Assembly (NCBI GenBank): GCA_963810935.1
Contig: CAWEPK010000016.1
Location: 64,001 to 128,000 of the forward strand
From: an uncultured delta proteobacterium
GTDB taxonomy: Bacteria; Desulfobacterota; Syntrophorhabdia; Syntrophorhabdales; WCHB1-27
Reading direction: 5' to 3'
Length of the DNA: 64,000 nt
Of the stretch, positions 47,889-58,745 are shown in pieces. The notes under the pieces were generated by a model that saw nothing but the letters and a program-made list of their open reading frames with translations, ran no database searches and was not told the DNA's origin. Numbering within the stretch: the stretch's first letter is position 1; every line of letters starts with the position of its first letter. The translations under genes and the position numbers were made by a program.

Positions 47889-50147
47889 ATGCAATCTAAG
47901 CTTGAAGACGTATTGAAGGAAAAAGAGAGGGAGCTGAGGCTCTACGAGAAGTTTCTGACCCTCGCCCGTTTCTGCGAGGAAGAGGTCTTCCCGTCGGCAC
48001 AGGTCCCGCTTGCGACCCACGTCGAGGCGCTGAAGGGTTTCATTGAAAAGCTCATCCCCGAGCCGAAGGACCGTCGGGAAGAGATGTTTTCCGGGGAGGT
48101 TTTCATCCTCCTCTGCATGCTTTACCTGCACGACACCGGGGCGGCCTCGGGATATGCCTTCAGCCGGAGCCCGGAGATCGTCAATACGCTCGACCCTCTC
48201 CAGAAGACGTTTTTTCTCAACAACGAGATAGCCGCCCGACTTGAAATGCCCGAGGGGTCCATCGAGCTGATAAATGGGCTGATCTTCTCGATAAAGAAGA
48301 TCCCCATAGAATGGGAGATAGCGGAAGGGCCGAAAAAGGCGATTATTCGCAACGTCCCTATGCTGGGCGGCATTTTCGATTTCGCCCACCTGATGTGGGA
48401 CGTCTTTTCCGACGATGCATGCCACGCGGTCCTGAACAGGGCGCGCAACCCCGGCTTGCGCCCGGGATGCGGGAAGGCGCTGCTTGCCGTTGACAGCAAG
48501 GAAGGGGCGATCTCGGTCTCGTGCGCTCCAGCGTTTCCCTATCAGGCGCACATGTTGGAGCGCATCAGGGAACACGTCGATACGCATTTTGCACGCTTCA
48601 AGGAGGCGGTTAACGGCAGGCTCGGGTTCCAGTACAGGCAAATCCTGTGGGACACCGAACAGCGGCAGGAGGAGGACCACCCCGATTCCGCGGGCCGTTT
48701 CCCTTTCACGGAGCTGGAGGGTCTTCCCTATGTCCGCTGGGGGGAGGCGTCGAGGCTCCTCGACGTACTTTTCAGCCACGGCTGCGCGATCGTTGTAGGC
48801 GATGCGACCACAGGTAAGACGACGATGCTCAACTCCTTCGTGGCGCCGCAGCTCCGCCGCATCTCCCCCAACGTCTTTTACGCGGAGATATGGGACCACC
48901 CGGTCCACGATATAAGAGAGGCCATAGGGAACGTCCATAGCACGGTCGCCGGAGACGCCGTAGATATAATATCGACGTGCAGAAAGCTTATCGTGCAAGG
49001 CGGGGGGCCGTGCTTCTTCATCCTCGACGGATGCGAGCGGTTGAAGGACCTGGAGGCGGATGAGGCGGAGAAGCTTGAAAGGTTTGTCAGGTTCTGCCTG
49101 GAAAACGAGAACGCGTATCTCATAGCAATTGGCGACAAAGAGGACTTCCTCGACTGGCACCGGCCGTTCGCGGAAATGAGCATGTCGGCTATCTTCGAGA
49201 TGAGCCCTATCGTCCGCCCGGAGGCCGAGCTGGCCGCCATGCCTCCCACAGGCGCCGTCCCGCTGGAGATCGTAGACGACAAGGTGGCCGAGGTGATCGA
49301 GCGGCTTGGCGGCGCCGGGGACCTGCCGGAAGTAGTCTCGGTCCTCGCGGGCAACGGCGAGAAGACGCTAAAGCGCTACTCAGAGGAAGAAATATGCTTC
49401 GAGACGCGGGTGCCGCGCAAGCGAGTCCTTAACTGCCTTGAGCTGCTTCAGGAGAAAGGGATCGTCCGCAGGCAGGAAGTCCTGAAGACCGTTTTCTGGA
49501 CGCTTTCAAGCCGCCATTTGAAAGAGCCCCTGCATCGCCGCCTGGGTCTCGACGCCTTCGACTGCAAAAGGCGCCTGCGGGACGCGCTGCGCGAGGCCGC
49601 CGGGGAGTCACGCTTCCTCGATCCGGGCGTCCTCGACACGGTCGAAGACCTTATGGACGGCATGAATTTTACCAAGAGGGAGATGGGGCTGATACTCGCG
49701 AGCATGGTCTACCACGGGAGGGACTGGGTGCGAGGCATCGAAAGGGCCGGGAAGGGCGGTCACGGGTTCGACGGCCAGTTTGCCCTGTTGCTTCTCAACC
49801 ACGACTCGGACCGGATGCGTGAGGCGGCGCTCAGGCTGCTCGCAAAGGCGAAGGACGACGCCCTCATCAACCCGCTGCTCGCCCACCTCAGGAAGGAGAA
49901 ATCGGCCGAGCTGCGCAGGCTCCTTGTCAGGGGTTTCGTCGAGACGGGCAAGAGGAGAAGCATCGTGGCGCTCATGGCCGCCCTCTCCGAGGTGGACGAC
50001 CGGGATGCCAAAGCTTACACCGTCGATTATATCTGCGGACTTCCTCCGAGGACCGCCAGAGACCTGCTCATAGAGATCGCCGACGCAGAGAAGGACCCGG
50101 AGATGATCGACGCGATAGACGGCCGTCTCTCTAGACTCGAGGAATAA
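47889..50147 (+). CDS. HD-like + STAND-type P-loop NTPase + HEAT-repeat protein
   Basis: LYLHDTG; Walker A GDATTGKT; Walker B FFILDG; LSSRHL helical region; C-terminal HEAT-like repeats ([19 protein letters not shown]). Confidence 0.65.
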   Translation: MQSKLEDVLKEKERELRLYEKFLTLARFCEEEVFPSAQVPLATHVEALKGFIEKLIPEPKDRREEMFSGEVFILLCMLYLHDTGAASGYAFSRSPEIVNTLDPLQKTFFLNNEIAARLEMPEGSIELINGLIFSIKKIPIEWEIAEGPKKAIIRNVPMLGGIFDFAHLMWDVFSDDACHAVLNRARNPGLRPGCGKALLAVDSKEGAISVSCAPAFPYQAHMLERIREHVDTHFARFKEAVNGRLGFQYRQILWDTEQRQEEDHPDSAGRFPFTELEGLPYVRWGEASRLLDVLFSHGCAIVVGDATTGKTTMLNSFVAPQLRRISPNVFYAEIWDHPVHDIREAIGNVHSTVAGDAVDIISTCRKLIVQGGGPCFFILDGCERLKDLEADEAEKLERFVRFCLENENAYLIAIGDKEDFLDWHRPFAEMSMSAIFEMSPIVRPEAELAAMPPTGAVPLEIVDDKVAEVIERLGGAGDLPEVVSVLAGNGEKTLKRYSEEEICFETRVPRKRVLNCLELLQEKGIVRRQEVLKTVFWTLSSRHLKEPLHRRLGLDAFDCKRRLRDALREAAGESRFLDPGVLDTVEDLMDGMNFTKREMGLILASMVYHGRDWVRGIERAGKGGHGFDGQFALLLLNHDSDRMREAALRLLAKAKDDALINPLLAHLRKEKSAELRRLLVRGFVETGKRRSIVALMAALSEVDDRDAKAYTVDYICGLPPRTARDLLIEIADAEKDPEMIDAIDGRLSRLEE

Positions 50148-51405
50148 CCTCCATACCGTGCATATACGGCCGCAGGACTTCGGGGACGGCTATCCTGCCG
50201 TCGGGAAGCTGGTAGTTCTCCATCACCGCCATGACAGTGCGGCCGATGGCGAGCCCCGAGCCGTTCAGGGTGTGGACCATCTCCGTCTTCCCCGTCTCCG
50301 TCTTGTACCTGATTTTTGCCCTTCTCGCCTGGAAATCGACGAAATTACTGCACGACGATATCTCCCTGTAAATGTCCTGGCCCGGCAGCCATACCTCGAT
50401 GTCGTATGTCTTCGCCGATGAAAAGCCGAGGTCACCCGTGGAAAGAAGGGAGACGCGGTAATGGATATTCAACCTTTTGAGGACGTCTTCAGCATCTAAT
50501 AACAGGCTCTCGAGGTCCGCAAAGGAGTCCCGGGGCAGGCTGAATTTGACAAGCTCCACCTTGTTGAACTGGTGCTGTCTGGTCAGGCCCCTCGTGTCTT
50601 TGCCGTGCGCCCCGGCCTCTTTCCTGAAGCAGGGCGTATAGGCTACATACTTGACCGGCAGGTCCGCCTCCTTGAGAATCTCGTCCCTGAAGATATTAGT
50701 CACAGGCACTTCGGCCGTGGGGATAAGGAAATAGTCCGGATCGGAGAGCTTGAAGAGCTCCTCCTCGAACTTGGGAAGCTGCCCGGTAGCGGTCATGCTC
50801 TCCCTGTTGACCATGAACGGTGGAAGGACTTCCATATAGCCGTGCTCGCGCACATGGAGGTCGAGCATGAAGTTGATGAGGGCCCGCTCCAAAAGCGCGC
50901 CTCCGGATTTGTAAAGCGTGAACCTCGACCCCGTTATCTTGGCCGCCCTCTTGAAATCGAGTATCCCGAGCGCCTCGCCTAAGTCCCAATGGGCCGCAGG
51001 CGTAAAGTCCAGGGCCGGTTTGGCGCCCCAGACCTTGACTACCTTGTTGTCTTCCTCGCCCGCCCCTACCGGCACCGATTCATCCGGGATGTTCGGTATT
51101 TCCAGGCTCAGCGCCTCCCATTCCGCCTCGACGGATTTCAACTCCTGCTCGCGGACCTCCATCTGCTTGCCCAGCTCGCGCAGCCGCTCGATTTTGTCTT
51201 TCCCATCGGCCCCGCTTTTGCGCAGGCGCGCTATCTCGTCGGAAGTGGCGTTCCGGTCGCTTCGCATCGCCTCGACTTCTTTTATGAGGGTCCTCCTTTT
51301 CTCGTCCAGGCCGATCAGCCTGTCCAGGTCGAAAGAGGCCCCCCGTTTCTTGAGGCTTTCCTTTACTATCTCAGGTCTTTCCCTTATCAGTTTCGGGTCG
51401 AGCAT
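50131..51405 (-). CDS. serS: Serine--tRNA ligase
   Basis: [40 protein letters not shown]. Confidence 0.98.
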   Translation of the reverse strand: MLDPKLIRERPEIVKESLKKRGASFDLDRLIGLDEKRRTLIKEVEAMRSDRNATSDEIARLRKSGADGKDKIERLRELGKQMEVREQELKSVEAEWEALSLEIPNIPDESVPVGAGEEDNKVVKVWGAKPALDFTPAAHWDLGEALGILDFKRAAKITGSRFTLYKSGGALLERALINFMLDLHVREHGYMEVLPPFMVNRESMTATGQLPKFEEELFKLSDPDYFLIPTAEVPVTNIFRDEILKEADLPVKYVAYTPCFRKEAGAHGKDTRGLTRQHQFNKVELVKFSLPRDSFADLESLLLDAEDVLKRLNIHYRVSLLSTGDLGFSSAKTYDIEVWLPGQDIYREISSCSNFVDFQARRAKIRYKTETGKTEMVHTLNGSGLAIGRTVMAVMENYQLPDGRIAVPEVLRPYMHGMEVIPRV

Positions 51406-51921
51406 CTAATCCTCCAGCAGTTCCTTGTTGAATTCCAGCGGCTCAAGCAGATACAGAAGGCCGTTTCTCGTATATACGGGCGCCCCGTCCACAAGTAACT
51501 GTACGCGGTTTGCAAGCGGGAAGCTCGCCAGGAATGAGTTGACTATGCTGTATACTACCGTGACCTCTCTTGCCGGTGTCCCGGGGTCGATGAAATCCTT
51601 CGACACGTTTAAGTATAATATACCGTCCTCGCCCACGGCCATCTCGTAAAGCCTGAGCCTGTCGGGTATGGAGCGCCCCTCTTTCAGCTCCCTGAAGAGC
51701 GTTTCCGCCCTTGCTTTGTCGGTTAGCTGCTTTTGTACCTCCACTACCCTTTTTGCCAGCTTTCCCTGGGTGCCCGGGACGAAGATAACGGCAGTGGCGC
51801 CTGCCTTGCTCGCGGGGCCGGATGCGATTTTAGCGGGCCGGCCGTAAAGGAGGCAGACGATGATTATCGCAACCAGGCCAAGAGCAACGTAAACGGGTAA
51901 CGTGAGCTTAAGCTTGCCCAT
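51406..51921 (-). CDS. GerMN (sporulation/spore germination) domain protein
   Basis: N-terminal TM; YLNVSKDF...E..VVYSIVNS...VQLLVDG. Confidence 0.8.
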   Translation of the reverse strand: MGKLKLTLPVYVALGLVAIIIVCLLYGRPAKIASGPASKAGATAVIFVPGTQGKLAKRVVEVQKQLTDKARAETLFRELKEGRSIPDRLRLYEMAVGEDGILYLNVSKDFIDPGTPAREVTVVYSIVNSFLASFPLANRVQLLVDGAPVYTRNGLLYLLEPLEFNKELLED

Positions 51922-52471
51922 TGTTCAGCATGCCGAGGAATTGTTCCCCCGTCGCTACGGCGAACAGGGGGTATAGGACCGATTTCCTGTAGGCGTCCAC
52001 GAAATGGGTATGTATTTCGAGACTGAACGCGGCGCTCATGTCTTCGAGGATGATAGTGCGGAAATCGTGGCAGATTGCGTCTATGGCGCTGGCTATGACG
52101 CAAAAATGCGTGTTGATCCCGCCTATCGCCACCGTATCCACCCCCATCGTCCGCAGCGTCTGGTCGAGGTCCGTCTTGAAAAAGGCGCTGAACCTCCTTT
52201 TCGGCAGCATGATGTCCGACTGCTCCGGTTCGAGCAGGGGCGTGACCTGCGCCCCGCTCGTCCCCCTAAGTGCTTGCGGCTTCATCCTGCCCTTGAATAT
52301 GAAATCGCCCTCAAGGAAGCTGTCGCAGGCAAAAATCACGGGGACCGAGGAGGCCCTGCAGCGTTTGAGGAAGCCCCGGACGGACGGCACTATGGCGGAA
52401 ATGGGCGCCGGGACCTTCTCTTGTTCGTACGTATCGTTCAACATATCAATAATGATTACGGCAGGTTTCAT
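51908..52471 (-). CDS. Isochorismatase-family cysteine hydrolase
   Basis: IIIDMLND, KRRFSAFFKTDL, GINTHFCV. Confidence 0.92.
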   Translation of the reverse strand: MKPAVIIIDMLNDTYEQEKVPAPISAIVPSVRGFLKRCRASSVPVIFACDSFLEGDFIFKGRMKPQALRGTSGAQVTPLLEPEQSDIMLPKRRFSAFFKTDLDQTLRTMGVDTVAIGGINTHFCVIASAIDAICHDFRTIILEDMSAAFSLEIHTHFVDAYRKSVLYPLFAVATGEQFLGMLNNGQA

Positions 52472-53259
52472 TGTTTACCAGCCAAAGGTGCCGTTTTTCG
52501 ATTCGTTAGGAAGACGGACCTGAACGTCTCCATTATAACTGCCGCCGTCTCTTCTATCGTCTTCGATTTCAGGGCGGCTATCTCCCGGACAACGCGCTCC
52601 ACAAAGGCAGGCTCGTTCCTCTTCCCCTTTTCGGAGGCGGGCGTAAGAAACGGGGCATCCGTTTCCGAAAGCAGCCTGTCGAGCGGCGCGTAGCGGACGA
52701 CCTTGGCAAGCCCCGCGTTCTGATAGGTCACCGTGCCGGGGACGGAGAGGTACATGCCCATGTCGAGGATCTTGCCGGCAGTTTCCACATCGTACGAGTA
52801 ACAATGTATAACGGTAGTATGGCCGGCCAGGGCCGTTCTCAGTATCTCGAGAGTCTCACGTTTGGCGTTCCGTGAATGTATGACCACCGGCAGCCCGGCC
52901 TCACGGGCAAGCTCTATCTGCCCTCTGAAGGATTCGACCTGGAGCTGGGCCGGTGAATAGTTCCGGTAAAAATCCAGGCCGATCTCCCCGTAAGCGATTA
53001 TCTTTGGATGTGTGAGGTATTCTTTTATGGTTTTTTCGGCTTCCGGAGAATAATCCTTTGCATTATGAGGGTGGATGCCGATGGCGCCGTATATCGAGTC
53101 GTGCTTCTCGATAATGGACACCACCTTCCCGAAATAGGCGGCTTCCGTCCCCACGGTGATCATGCAGGATACGCCGGCCTCGGCAGCCCTGCCGATAACC
53201 TCCGGACGGTCCCTGTCGTAATCCTCGAGCTCGAGGTGACAATGTGAATCTACAAGCAT
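52468..53259 (-). CDS. tatD: TatD-family hydrolase
   Basis: DSHCHL, GIHPH, GEIGLD, HSR, HCYS, ETDAPFL. Confidence 0.95.
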   Translation of the reverse strand: MLVDSHCHLELEDYDRDRPEVIGRAAEAGVSCMITVGTEAAYFGKVVSIIEKHDSIYGAIGIHPHNAKDYSPEAEKTIKEYLTHPKIIAYGEIGLDFYRNYSPAQLQVESFRGQIELAREAGLPVVIHSRNAKRETLEILRTALAGHTTVIHCYSYDVETAGKILDMGMYLSVPGTVTYQNAGLAKVVRYAPLDRLLSETDAPFLTPASEKGKRNEPAFVERVVREIAALKSKTIEETAAVIMETFRSVFLTNRKTAPLAGKQ

Positions 53260-53264
53260 GGATA

Positions 53265-53293
53265 TTTATAGCATACTGAGCAAATTCAGGCAA
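53265..53293 (-). promoter_or_regulatory. Sigma70 promoter, probably leaderless tatD transcript
   Basis: TTGCCT-17 nt-TATAAA with extended TGn, 5 nt before ATG; no RBS. Confidence 0.5.
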
Positions 53294-53385
53294 TTCAGAC
53301 TTAACGGCGAAAGGACGCCTTTGTATCCATAAAAACGTCCTCTTGACGAATAAGTGGCTCCGCCGTACGCTATAATTCGTAACGT

Positions 53386-53508
53386 CCGTGTTTGTGCTCG
53401 TGCTTCCGGACATACAGCCGGGCGGGTTCAAGCAGCCGGCCTGCCGCAGGATCAGGAGCAGCCCGGCTCCTTTGCGCAAGTTCCTCAGGAGGCGGCAATA
53501 AAGCACGG
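53386..53508 (+). ncRNA. Candidate structured RNA of unknown family
   Basis: Nested stems CCGTGTTT/AAAGCACGG, GCTTCC/GGAGGC, GCCGGGC/GCCCGGC; preceded by TTGACG...TACGCTATAAT. Confidence 0.35.
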
Positions 53509-53718
53509 TCGGCATGGGGGCGAAGGGTATTAAGGGGACGTACGGAAATGGACTTCCGAAGGGCCGGGCCGGGCGCGTTCGGGTTCCGATTGCCACCCGT
53601 TATATTTAATAGTTTGATGCAGTTATCTTATAATTGTATAAGGTTGTCGCTGTCATATCTTGCAGTTTCCCGGAAGAATATATAATGTATACAGCAGGTT
53701 TGCGGGGCGTGTGAACTG

Positions 53719-53734
53719 CGGCATGTTTTATGCT
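53719..53734 (+). promoter_or_regulatory. Sigma54 (-24/-12) promoter of the fhs-acs cluster
   Basis: CGGCATG-TTTT-ATGCT (GG-N10-GC); AT-rich upstream DNA with an IHF-like TAA-N4-TTGAT at ~53607. Confidence 0.55.
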
Positions 53735-53834
53735 TGATGCAGTAAGTTGGAGAACCGGTATTCATGCGTCGAGGCCGTCGTGAAAGCGCGAACAGTGCAA
53801 TAACCCCAGAAACCATTATTTAAGGAGGTCTTGT

Positions 53835-55595
53835 ATGGCGTACGATGCGACAAAAATGGCAGACTGGCAGATTTCCGAGGCTGCTGAAGGGAAAATGAAG
53901 TCGATCTGGCAGTTGGGCGACGAAATGGGGCTCAAGAAAGAGGAGATCCAGCCCTACGGCCGGATAGGTAAGGTCGATTTCATGAAAGTCATCGAACGGC
54001 TGAAGGACAAGCCGGACGGCAAGTACATAGAAGTCACGGCCATTACTCCGACCCCCCTGGGCGAAGGGAAGACGACCGTTTCTATGGGCCTTGTCGAGGG
54101 TATGGGCAAGAGGGGCTGGAACGTAGGCGGCGCCATCCGTCAGCCTTCGGGCGGCCCGACGATGAACGTCAAGGGAAGCGCGGCCGGCGGCGGCAACGCG
54201 CAGGCAATCCCTCTGACTGAGTTTTCTCTCGGCCTCACAGGCGACATAAACAACATTATGAACGCCCACAACCTCGCCATGGTCGCGATGACGTCGCGCA
54301 TGCAGCACGAGAGGAATTACTCGGACGCCGAGCTCGCGAAGAGGAAGCTGAAGAGACTCGATATCGACCCGAAGAACATCCAGATGGGCTGGATCATGGA
54401 CTTCTGCGCCCAGTCGCTCAGGAACATCGTGATCGGCCTGGGCGGCAAGATGGACGGCTACCTCATGCAGTCCCGCTTCGACATAGCGGTCAGCTCCGAG
54501 GTTATGGCGATACTCGCAATCATCCGGGACCTTGCGGACCTCCGCGAAAGACTCGGCAAGATAACCGTCGCATATGACAGGACCGGCAAGCCGGTAACCT
54601 GTAACGACCTCGAAGTGGCCGGCGCCATGACCGCCTTTATGAGGGAGAGCGTCAACCCGACGATCCTCCAGTCCGTCGAGGGGCAGCCTGTCCTCGTCCA
54701 TGCCGGCCCGTTCGCGAACATCGCAGTCGGCCAGTCCTCCATCATAGCCGACCGTGTGGCACTCAAGCTCTTCGATTATAACGTTACGGAGAGTGGGTTC
54801 GCCGCAGACATCGGGTTCGAGAAGTTCTGGAACGTCAAGTCGAGGATCAGCGGCCTGAAACCCAACGTATCGGTCCTCACGACCACGATCCGCGCCCTCA
54901 AGATGCACGGCGGCGGACCGAGGGTTGCCCCGGGCCTCCCGCTGCCCGAAGAGTACAAGAAGGAAAACCTGGGACTCCTCGAAAAAGGCGCGGCCAACAT
55001 GGTCCACCACATAAAGACCATCAAGCAGTCGGGGATGAAGCCCGTCGTCTGCATCAACTGGTTCCACACGGACACGAAGGACGAGATCGCCATGCTGCGG
55101 AAGATCGCTGAAGCCGAAGGCGCCCGCGTGGCCTTATCGACCCACTGGCTGAACGGTGGCGACGGCGCACTCGAGCTTGCCGACGCAGTCCATGACGCGT
55201 GCGAAGAAAAGTCGGATTTCAAGTTCCTTTATCCCCTCGAAATGCCTCTCCGCCAGAGGGTCGAAATGGTGGCGAAGAACGTTTACGGCGCGGACGGCGT
55301 CTCCTGGTCGCCCGAGGCGGAAGCCAAAGCCAAGGCCTTCGAGGCAGACCCCGAAAAGAGAGACTACTACACGATGATGGTCAAGACGCACCTGAGTCTC
55401 TCCCACGACCCGAACCTGAAGGGCGTGCCGAAGGGCTGGGTGCTGCCGGTGAGGGACGTCCTTATCTTCTCCGGCGCCAAGTTCCTCTGCCCCGTGACCG
55501 GCGCGATCAGCCTCATGCCCGGCACGAGCTCCGACCCCGCGTTCAGAAGGATCGACGTGGACGTCAAGACGGGCAAAGTAACGGGTATGTTCTAA
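53835..55595 (+). CDS. fhs: Formate--tetrahydrofolate ligase
   Basis: [52 protein letters not shown]. Confidence 0.97.
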   Translation: MAYDATKMADWQISEAAEGKMKSIWQLGDEMGLKKEEIQPYGRIGKVDFMKVIERLKDKPDGKYIEVTAITPTPLGEGKTTVSMGLVEGMGKRGWNVGGAIRQPSGGPTMNVKGSAAGGGNAQAIPLTEFSLGLTGDINNIMNAHNLAMVAMTSRMQHERNYSDAELAKRKLKRLDIDPKNIQMGWIMDFCAQSLRNIVIGLGGKMDGYLMQSRFDIAVSSEVMAILAIIRDLADLRERLGKITVAYDRTGKPVTCNDLEVAGAMTAFMRESVNPTILQSVEGQPVLVHAGPFANIAVGQSSIIADRVALKLFDYNVTESGFAADIGFEKFWNVKSRISGLKPNVSVLTTTIRALKMHGGGPRVAPGLPLPEEYKKENLGLLEKGAANMVHHIKTIKQSGMKPVVCINWFHTDTKDEIAMLRKIAEAEGARVALSTHWLNGGDGALELADAVHDACEEKSDFKFLYPLEMPLRQRVEMVAKNVYGADGVSWSPEAEAKAKAFEADPEKRDYYTMMVKTHLSLSHDPNLKGVPKGWVLPVRDVLIFSGAKFLCPVTGAISLMPGTSSDPAFRRIDVDVKTGKVTGMF

Positions 55596-55607
55596 CGGCA
55601 TAGATGC

Positions 55608-55649
55608 AAAGGTGCATCCGGTGGAAGGAAAGCCGCCGGGTGCACCTTT
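55608..55649 (+). terminator. Hairpin after fhs (terminator or processing/stability element)
   Basis: AAAGGTGCATCCGGTGG...CCGCCGGGTGCACCTTT. Confidence 0.55.
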
Positions 55650-55701
55650 CAACACATAAGAAGCATTGGCGCGAAATACGAGATGGAGGGGGTTTTGAGG
55701 G

Positions 55702-56469
55702 ATGGCAAGAGTGGCGGCGCCTGAGATTTTCGCCTTTGCCGGCAAAGGGGGGGTGGGCAAGACTACCGTCAGCGGCATGCTTATTCGCTACCTGGTGGAA
55801 AGGCGCAAGGACGGCCCCGTGCTCGCCGTGGACGCCGACCCCAACGCTAACCTGAACGAGGTCCTTGGCATACGCTCATACGCTACGATAGGTGAAGCGC
55901 GGGAGATGATGAAAGAGGCTGTGCCTTCCGGCATGACCAAAGAAACCTGGATGGAGCTGAAGGTGCATGAGTCCCTTGTCGAAAGCCGGGGGTTCGACCT
56001 CCTGGTGATGGGAAGGCCCGAAGGACAGGGTTGTTACTGCGCGGCCAACACGCTGGTCAAAAAGCACATCGATATCCTCAAAGACAACTATTTTTACATA
56101 GTGGTGGACAATGAGGCGGGCATGGAGCACATGAGCAGGCTCGTTACCCAGGACGTGGACCACCTGTTCGTAATCTCCGATGCGACTTCAAGGGGCCTTT
56201 TGACCGCCCGTAGGATACTGGAGCTTGCGGGGGAGCTCGATCTGCGGATCGGCTGTAAGCACACAATAGTCAATCGAGTGGGGCCGGGGCACGAGGGGCT
56301 GGCCCGGTTGGCCGCAGAAAGGGGCGTTGAGGTGAACGGCATCATCCGCGACGACCCGTCGCTTTTTGCCATGGATGCGGAGGGCGGCAACGTGTTCTCG
56401 ATAGAGAACGGCGTGGCCCTTCACGACGCTTACGATGTTTTTGAAAAAATCCTGAAGGGAAAGGAGTAA
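55702..56469 (+). CDS. cooC: CooC/AcsF-type nickel-insertion ATPase
   Basis: AGKGGVGKTT, DADPNANL, MGRPEGQGCYC, DNEAGMEH. Confidence 0.92.
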   Translation: MARVAAPEIFAFAGKGGVGKTTVSGMLIRYLVERRKDGPVLAVDADPNANLNEVLGIRSYATIGEAREMMKEAVPSGMTKETWMELKVHESLVESRGFDLLVMGRPEGQGCYCAANTLVKKHIDILKDNYFYIVVDNEAGMEHMSRLVTQDVDHLFVISDATSRGLLTARRILELAGELDLRIGCKHTIVNRVGPGHEGLARLAAERGVEVNGIIRDDPSLFAMDAEGGNVFSIENGVALHDAYDVFEKILKGKE

Positions 56470-56471
56470 AC

Positions 56472-57359
56472 ATGGCTGCAACTATTATAAGCGGAACCGC
56501 CGTAGCGGCTCAGATAAGGGAAGAGATCAAGAAAGACGTGGATGAGCTCAAGGCGAAGCATAACCTGACTCCAGGGCTTGTCACCATCCTTGTCGGGGAA
56601 AACCCTGCCTCGGTGAGCTATGTCACTGCGAAGCAGAAGACATCGCACGACCTCGGCTTCTATTCGATACAGGACAACCAGCCCGGGGACATCACCGAAG
56701 AGGCGCTCCTGGCCCTTATCGACAGGTACAACAAGGACCCTAAAATTCATGGTATACTTGTTCAGCTTCCCCTGCCGAAGCACGTGAATGAGACGAAAGT
56801 GCTGTACGCCATCGACCCGGATAAGGACGTCGATGCGTTTCATCCCGTCAATGTCGGCAAGCTCGTTATAGGGGAGGCCAATTATTATCCGTGCACTCCG
56901 TACGGTATCCAGCAGCTCCTGGTGAGGAGCGGAGTCAAGACGGACGGCGCGGAGGTTGTTGTCGTGGGCAGGAGCAACATCGTCGGCAAGCCAATCGCCA
57001 ACATGCTTCTCCAGAAGGCAAAAGGGGCCAATGCGACGGTCACCATTTGCCACACGGCGACGAAGGACATGGCCTTCCATACGAAACGGGCGGACATACT
57101 GATAGTCGCCGCGGGCAGGCCGAAGGCGATCACGGGCGACATGGTGAAGGAAGGAGTAGTGGTTATAGACGTAGGCGTCAACCGCATCGGCATGACGCCG
57201 GAAGGCAAGGCGAAGCTGGCCGGAGACGTGGATTTCGAGTCGGTTAAAGAGAAAGCTTCCTTCATCACACCGGTCCCCGGAGGCGTGGGCCCCATGACCA
57301 TCACCATGCTCATGCTTAACACAGTCAAGGCTGCGAAGCTTTTTGGGGGAATAAAGTAA
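56472..57359 (+). CDS. folD: Methylene-THF dehydrogenase/cyclohydrolase
   Basis: GILVQLPLP, KDVDAFHP, PCTP, GRSNIVGKP, TPVPGGVGPMT. Confidence 0.97.
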   Translation: MAATIISGTAVAAQIREEIKKDVDELKAKHNLTPGLVTILVGENPASVSYVTAKQKTSHDLGFYSIQDNQPGDITEEALLALIDRYNKDPKIHGILVQLPLPKHVNETKVLYAIDPDKDVDAFHPVNVGKLVIGEANYYPCTPYGIQQLLVRSGVKTDGAEVVVVGRSNIVGKPIANMLLQKAKGANATVTICHTATKDMAFHTKRADILIVAAGRPKAITGDMVKEGVVVIDVGVNRIGMTPEGKAKLAGDVDFESVKEKASFITPVPGGVGPMTITMLMLNTVKAAKLFGGIK

Positions 57360-57369
57360 GGAGGAGACA

Positions 57370-57585
57370 ATGGCGGACTACAACTACGAAGAGAAGGAAA
57401 ACTTCGAGGGCAAGAAGGTGAAAGTGCTGGGCGCCACCTACGAGCCGGGCTCAGGCCAGGGAAAAGACGACTGGACGGAAAAGCTCGGCAGCGTAAATGA
57501 AAGGCTCGGTTATTTGAAAACCGCCCTCCGCTACTGGTACAGCGACGACTGGTTCGGCAGCGAGAAGAGGAAGCAGGAGGCATAA
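57370..57585 (+). CDS. Small hypothetical protein in the Wood-Ljungdahl cluster
   Basis: Strong RBS AAGGAGGAG; 71 aa; aromatic C-terminal motif RYWYSDDWFGSEKRK. Confidence 0.75.
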   Translation: MADYNYEEKENFEGKKVKVLGATYEPGSGQGKDDWTEKLGSVNERLGYLKTALRYWYSDDWFGSEKRKQEA

Positions 57586-57793
57586 AGGGGCCTGCTTTAG
57601 CGCCTTCGCGGACAGACCCGTCGCACGCGACAAGGCCGGTCCGGGATCTTCCGTAGTTTTTGGCGGGGCGAGGCGCGTAAAGACGGTTTTCGGTTTCGGC
57701 CCGCTCAAAAGAGGCGCGTCAAGCGAGGGGCCGCAGAGAGCGAGCGAAAGCCGTCCTATCATAAAGCGGTAAAGAACCCAATGGAGGTAACCC

Positions 57794-58735
57794 ATGGCTT
57801 TAACGATACCTACGATCAGCTACACAGGTAAGATCAAGGAAGTGACATTAGGCAGCGGCACCTCTTCCGTTACTCTCGGAGGAGAGGCATGTTACCCCTT
57901 CTATACCTTCGAGGGGGCCATGCCCCGTGCGCCCCAGATAGCCTTTGAGGTATGGGACGCCAAGCCGGAAGACTGGCCGGAGTGGGCCGTAGAGCCGTAT
58001 AAAGACGTCATCTCCGACCCGGTTGCCTGGGCGAAGAAGGCAGTTGATGTCTACAAGGCTGAGATGGTCGCCCTGCTCCTCAAGAGCGCAGACCCGAACG
58101 GCGCGAACCGGGACGCCGAGGCCGTTGTTGCAACGGTCAAGGCGGTTGCGGACGCAGTTTCCGTTCCGCTCATCGTCTGGGGCTGCGCGAACGACGAGAA
58201 GGACGCAATCATGCTCCGGCGCGTAGCGGAGGTCTGCGAAGGCAAGAACCTCGCCATCGGCCCCGTGACCGATAAAAACTACAAACAGATAGGGGCCATG
58301 GCCATTGGCTACAACCACGTGGTTATCGCATCCACGCCTATCGACGTCAACCTGGCGAAGCAGCTTAACATCCTCCTCGGCAACCTTGGTGTGCAGGATA
58401 ACCGGCTCCTGATCGACCCGACGACAGGCGGCCTGGGCTACGGCCTCGAATATTCCTATTCGGTGATGGAGCGCGACCGTATGGCCGCCCTCACCCAGGA
58501 AGACGTGAAGCTCCAGACGCCCATCATCTGCAACCTCGGGAACGAGGTATGGAAGACGAAAGAGGCCAAAACCAGGACAGAAGATAATCCCAAGCTCGGC
58601 GACGCGAAGAAAAGGGCCGTCCTTATGGAGTCGGTCGCTGCGATGACGCTCGCCATGGCGGGCGCGGACCTGCTTATCATGAGACACCCTGAATCCATCG
58701 CCTATGCGAGACAGATGTTCAAGGAATTAACGTAA
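57794..58735 (+). CDS. acsD: Corrinoid Fe-S protein small subunit (CODH/ACS delta)
   Basis: GGEACYPFYTFEG, DPVAWAKK, PIDVNLAKQLN, DPTTGGLGYGLEYSYSVMER, MRHP. Confidence 0.95.
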   Translation: MALTIPTISYTGKIKEVTLGSGTSSVTLGGEACYPFYTFEGAMPRAPQIAFEVWDAKPEDWPEWAVEPYKDVISDPVAWAKKAVDVYKAEMVALLLKSADPNGANRDAEAVVATVKAVADAVSVPLIVWGCANDEKDAIMLRRVAEVCEGKNLAIGPVTDKNYKQIGAMAIGYNHVVIASTPIDVNLAKQLNILLGNLGVQDNRLLIDPTTGGLGYGLEYSYSVMERDRMAALTQEDVKLQTPIICNLGNEVWKTKEAKTRTEDNPKLGDAKKRAVLMESVAAMTLAMAGADLLIMRHPESIAYARQMFKELT

Positions 58736-58745
58736 GGGGGAAACC

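Noticed and set aside
47763..49160. 465-aa minus-strand ORF
   Set aside because: Antisense to the HD-STAND gene, which carries the recognisable motifs.
53510..53834. ZTP or THF riboswitch before fhs
   Set aside because: Diagnostic motifs (GACUGGCG...CGCCUGGGC; GAGUA...CGUUAAG) are absent.
57586..57793. Structured RNA before acsD
   Set aside because: GC-rich with only short possible stems; no recognisable family or convincing long pairing.
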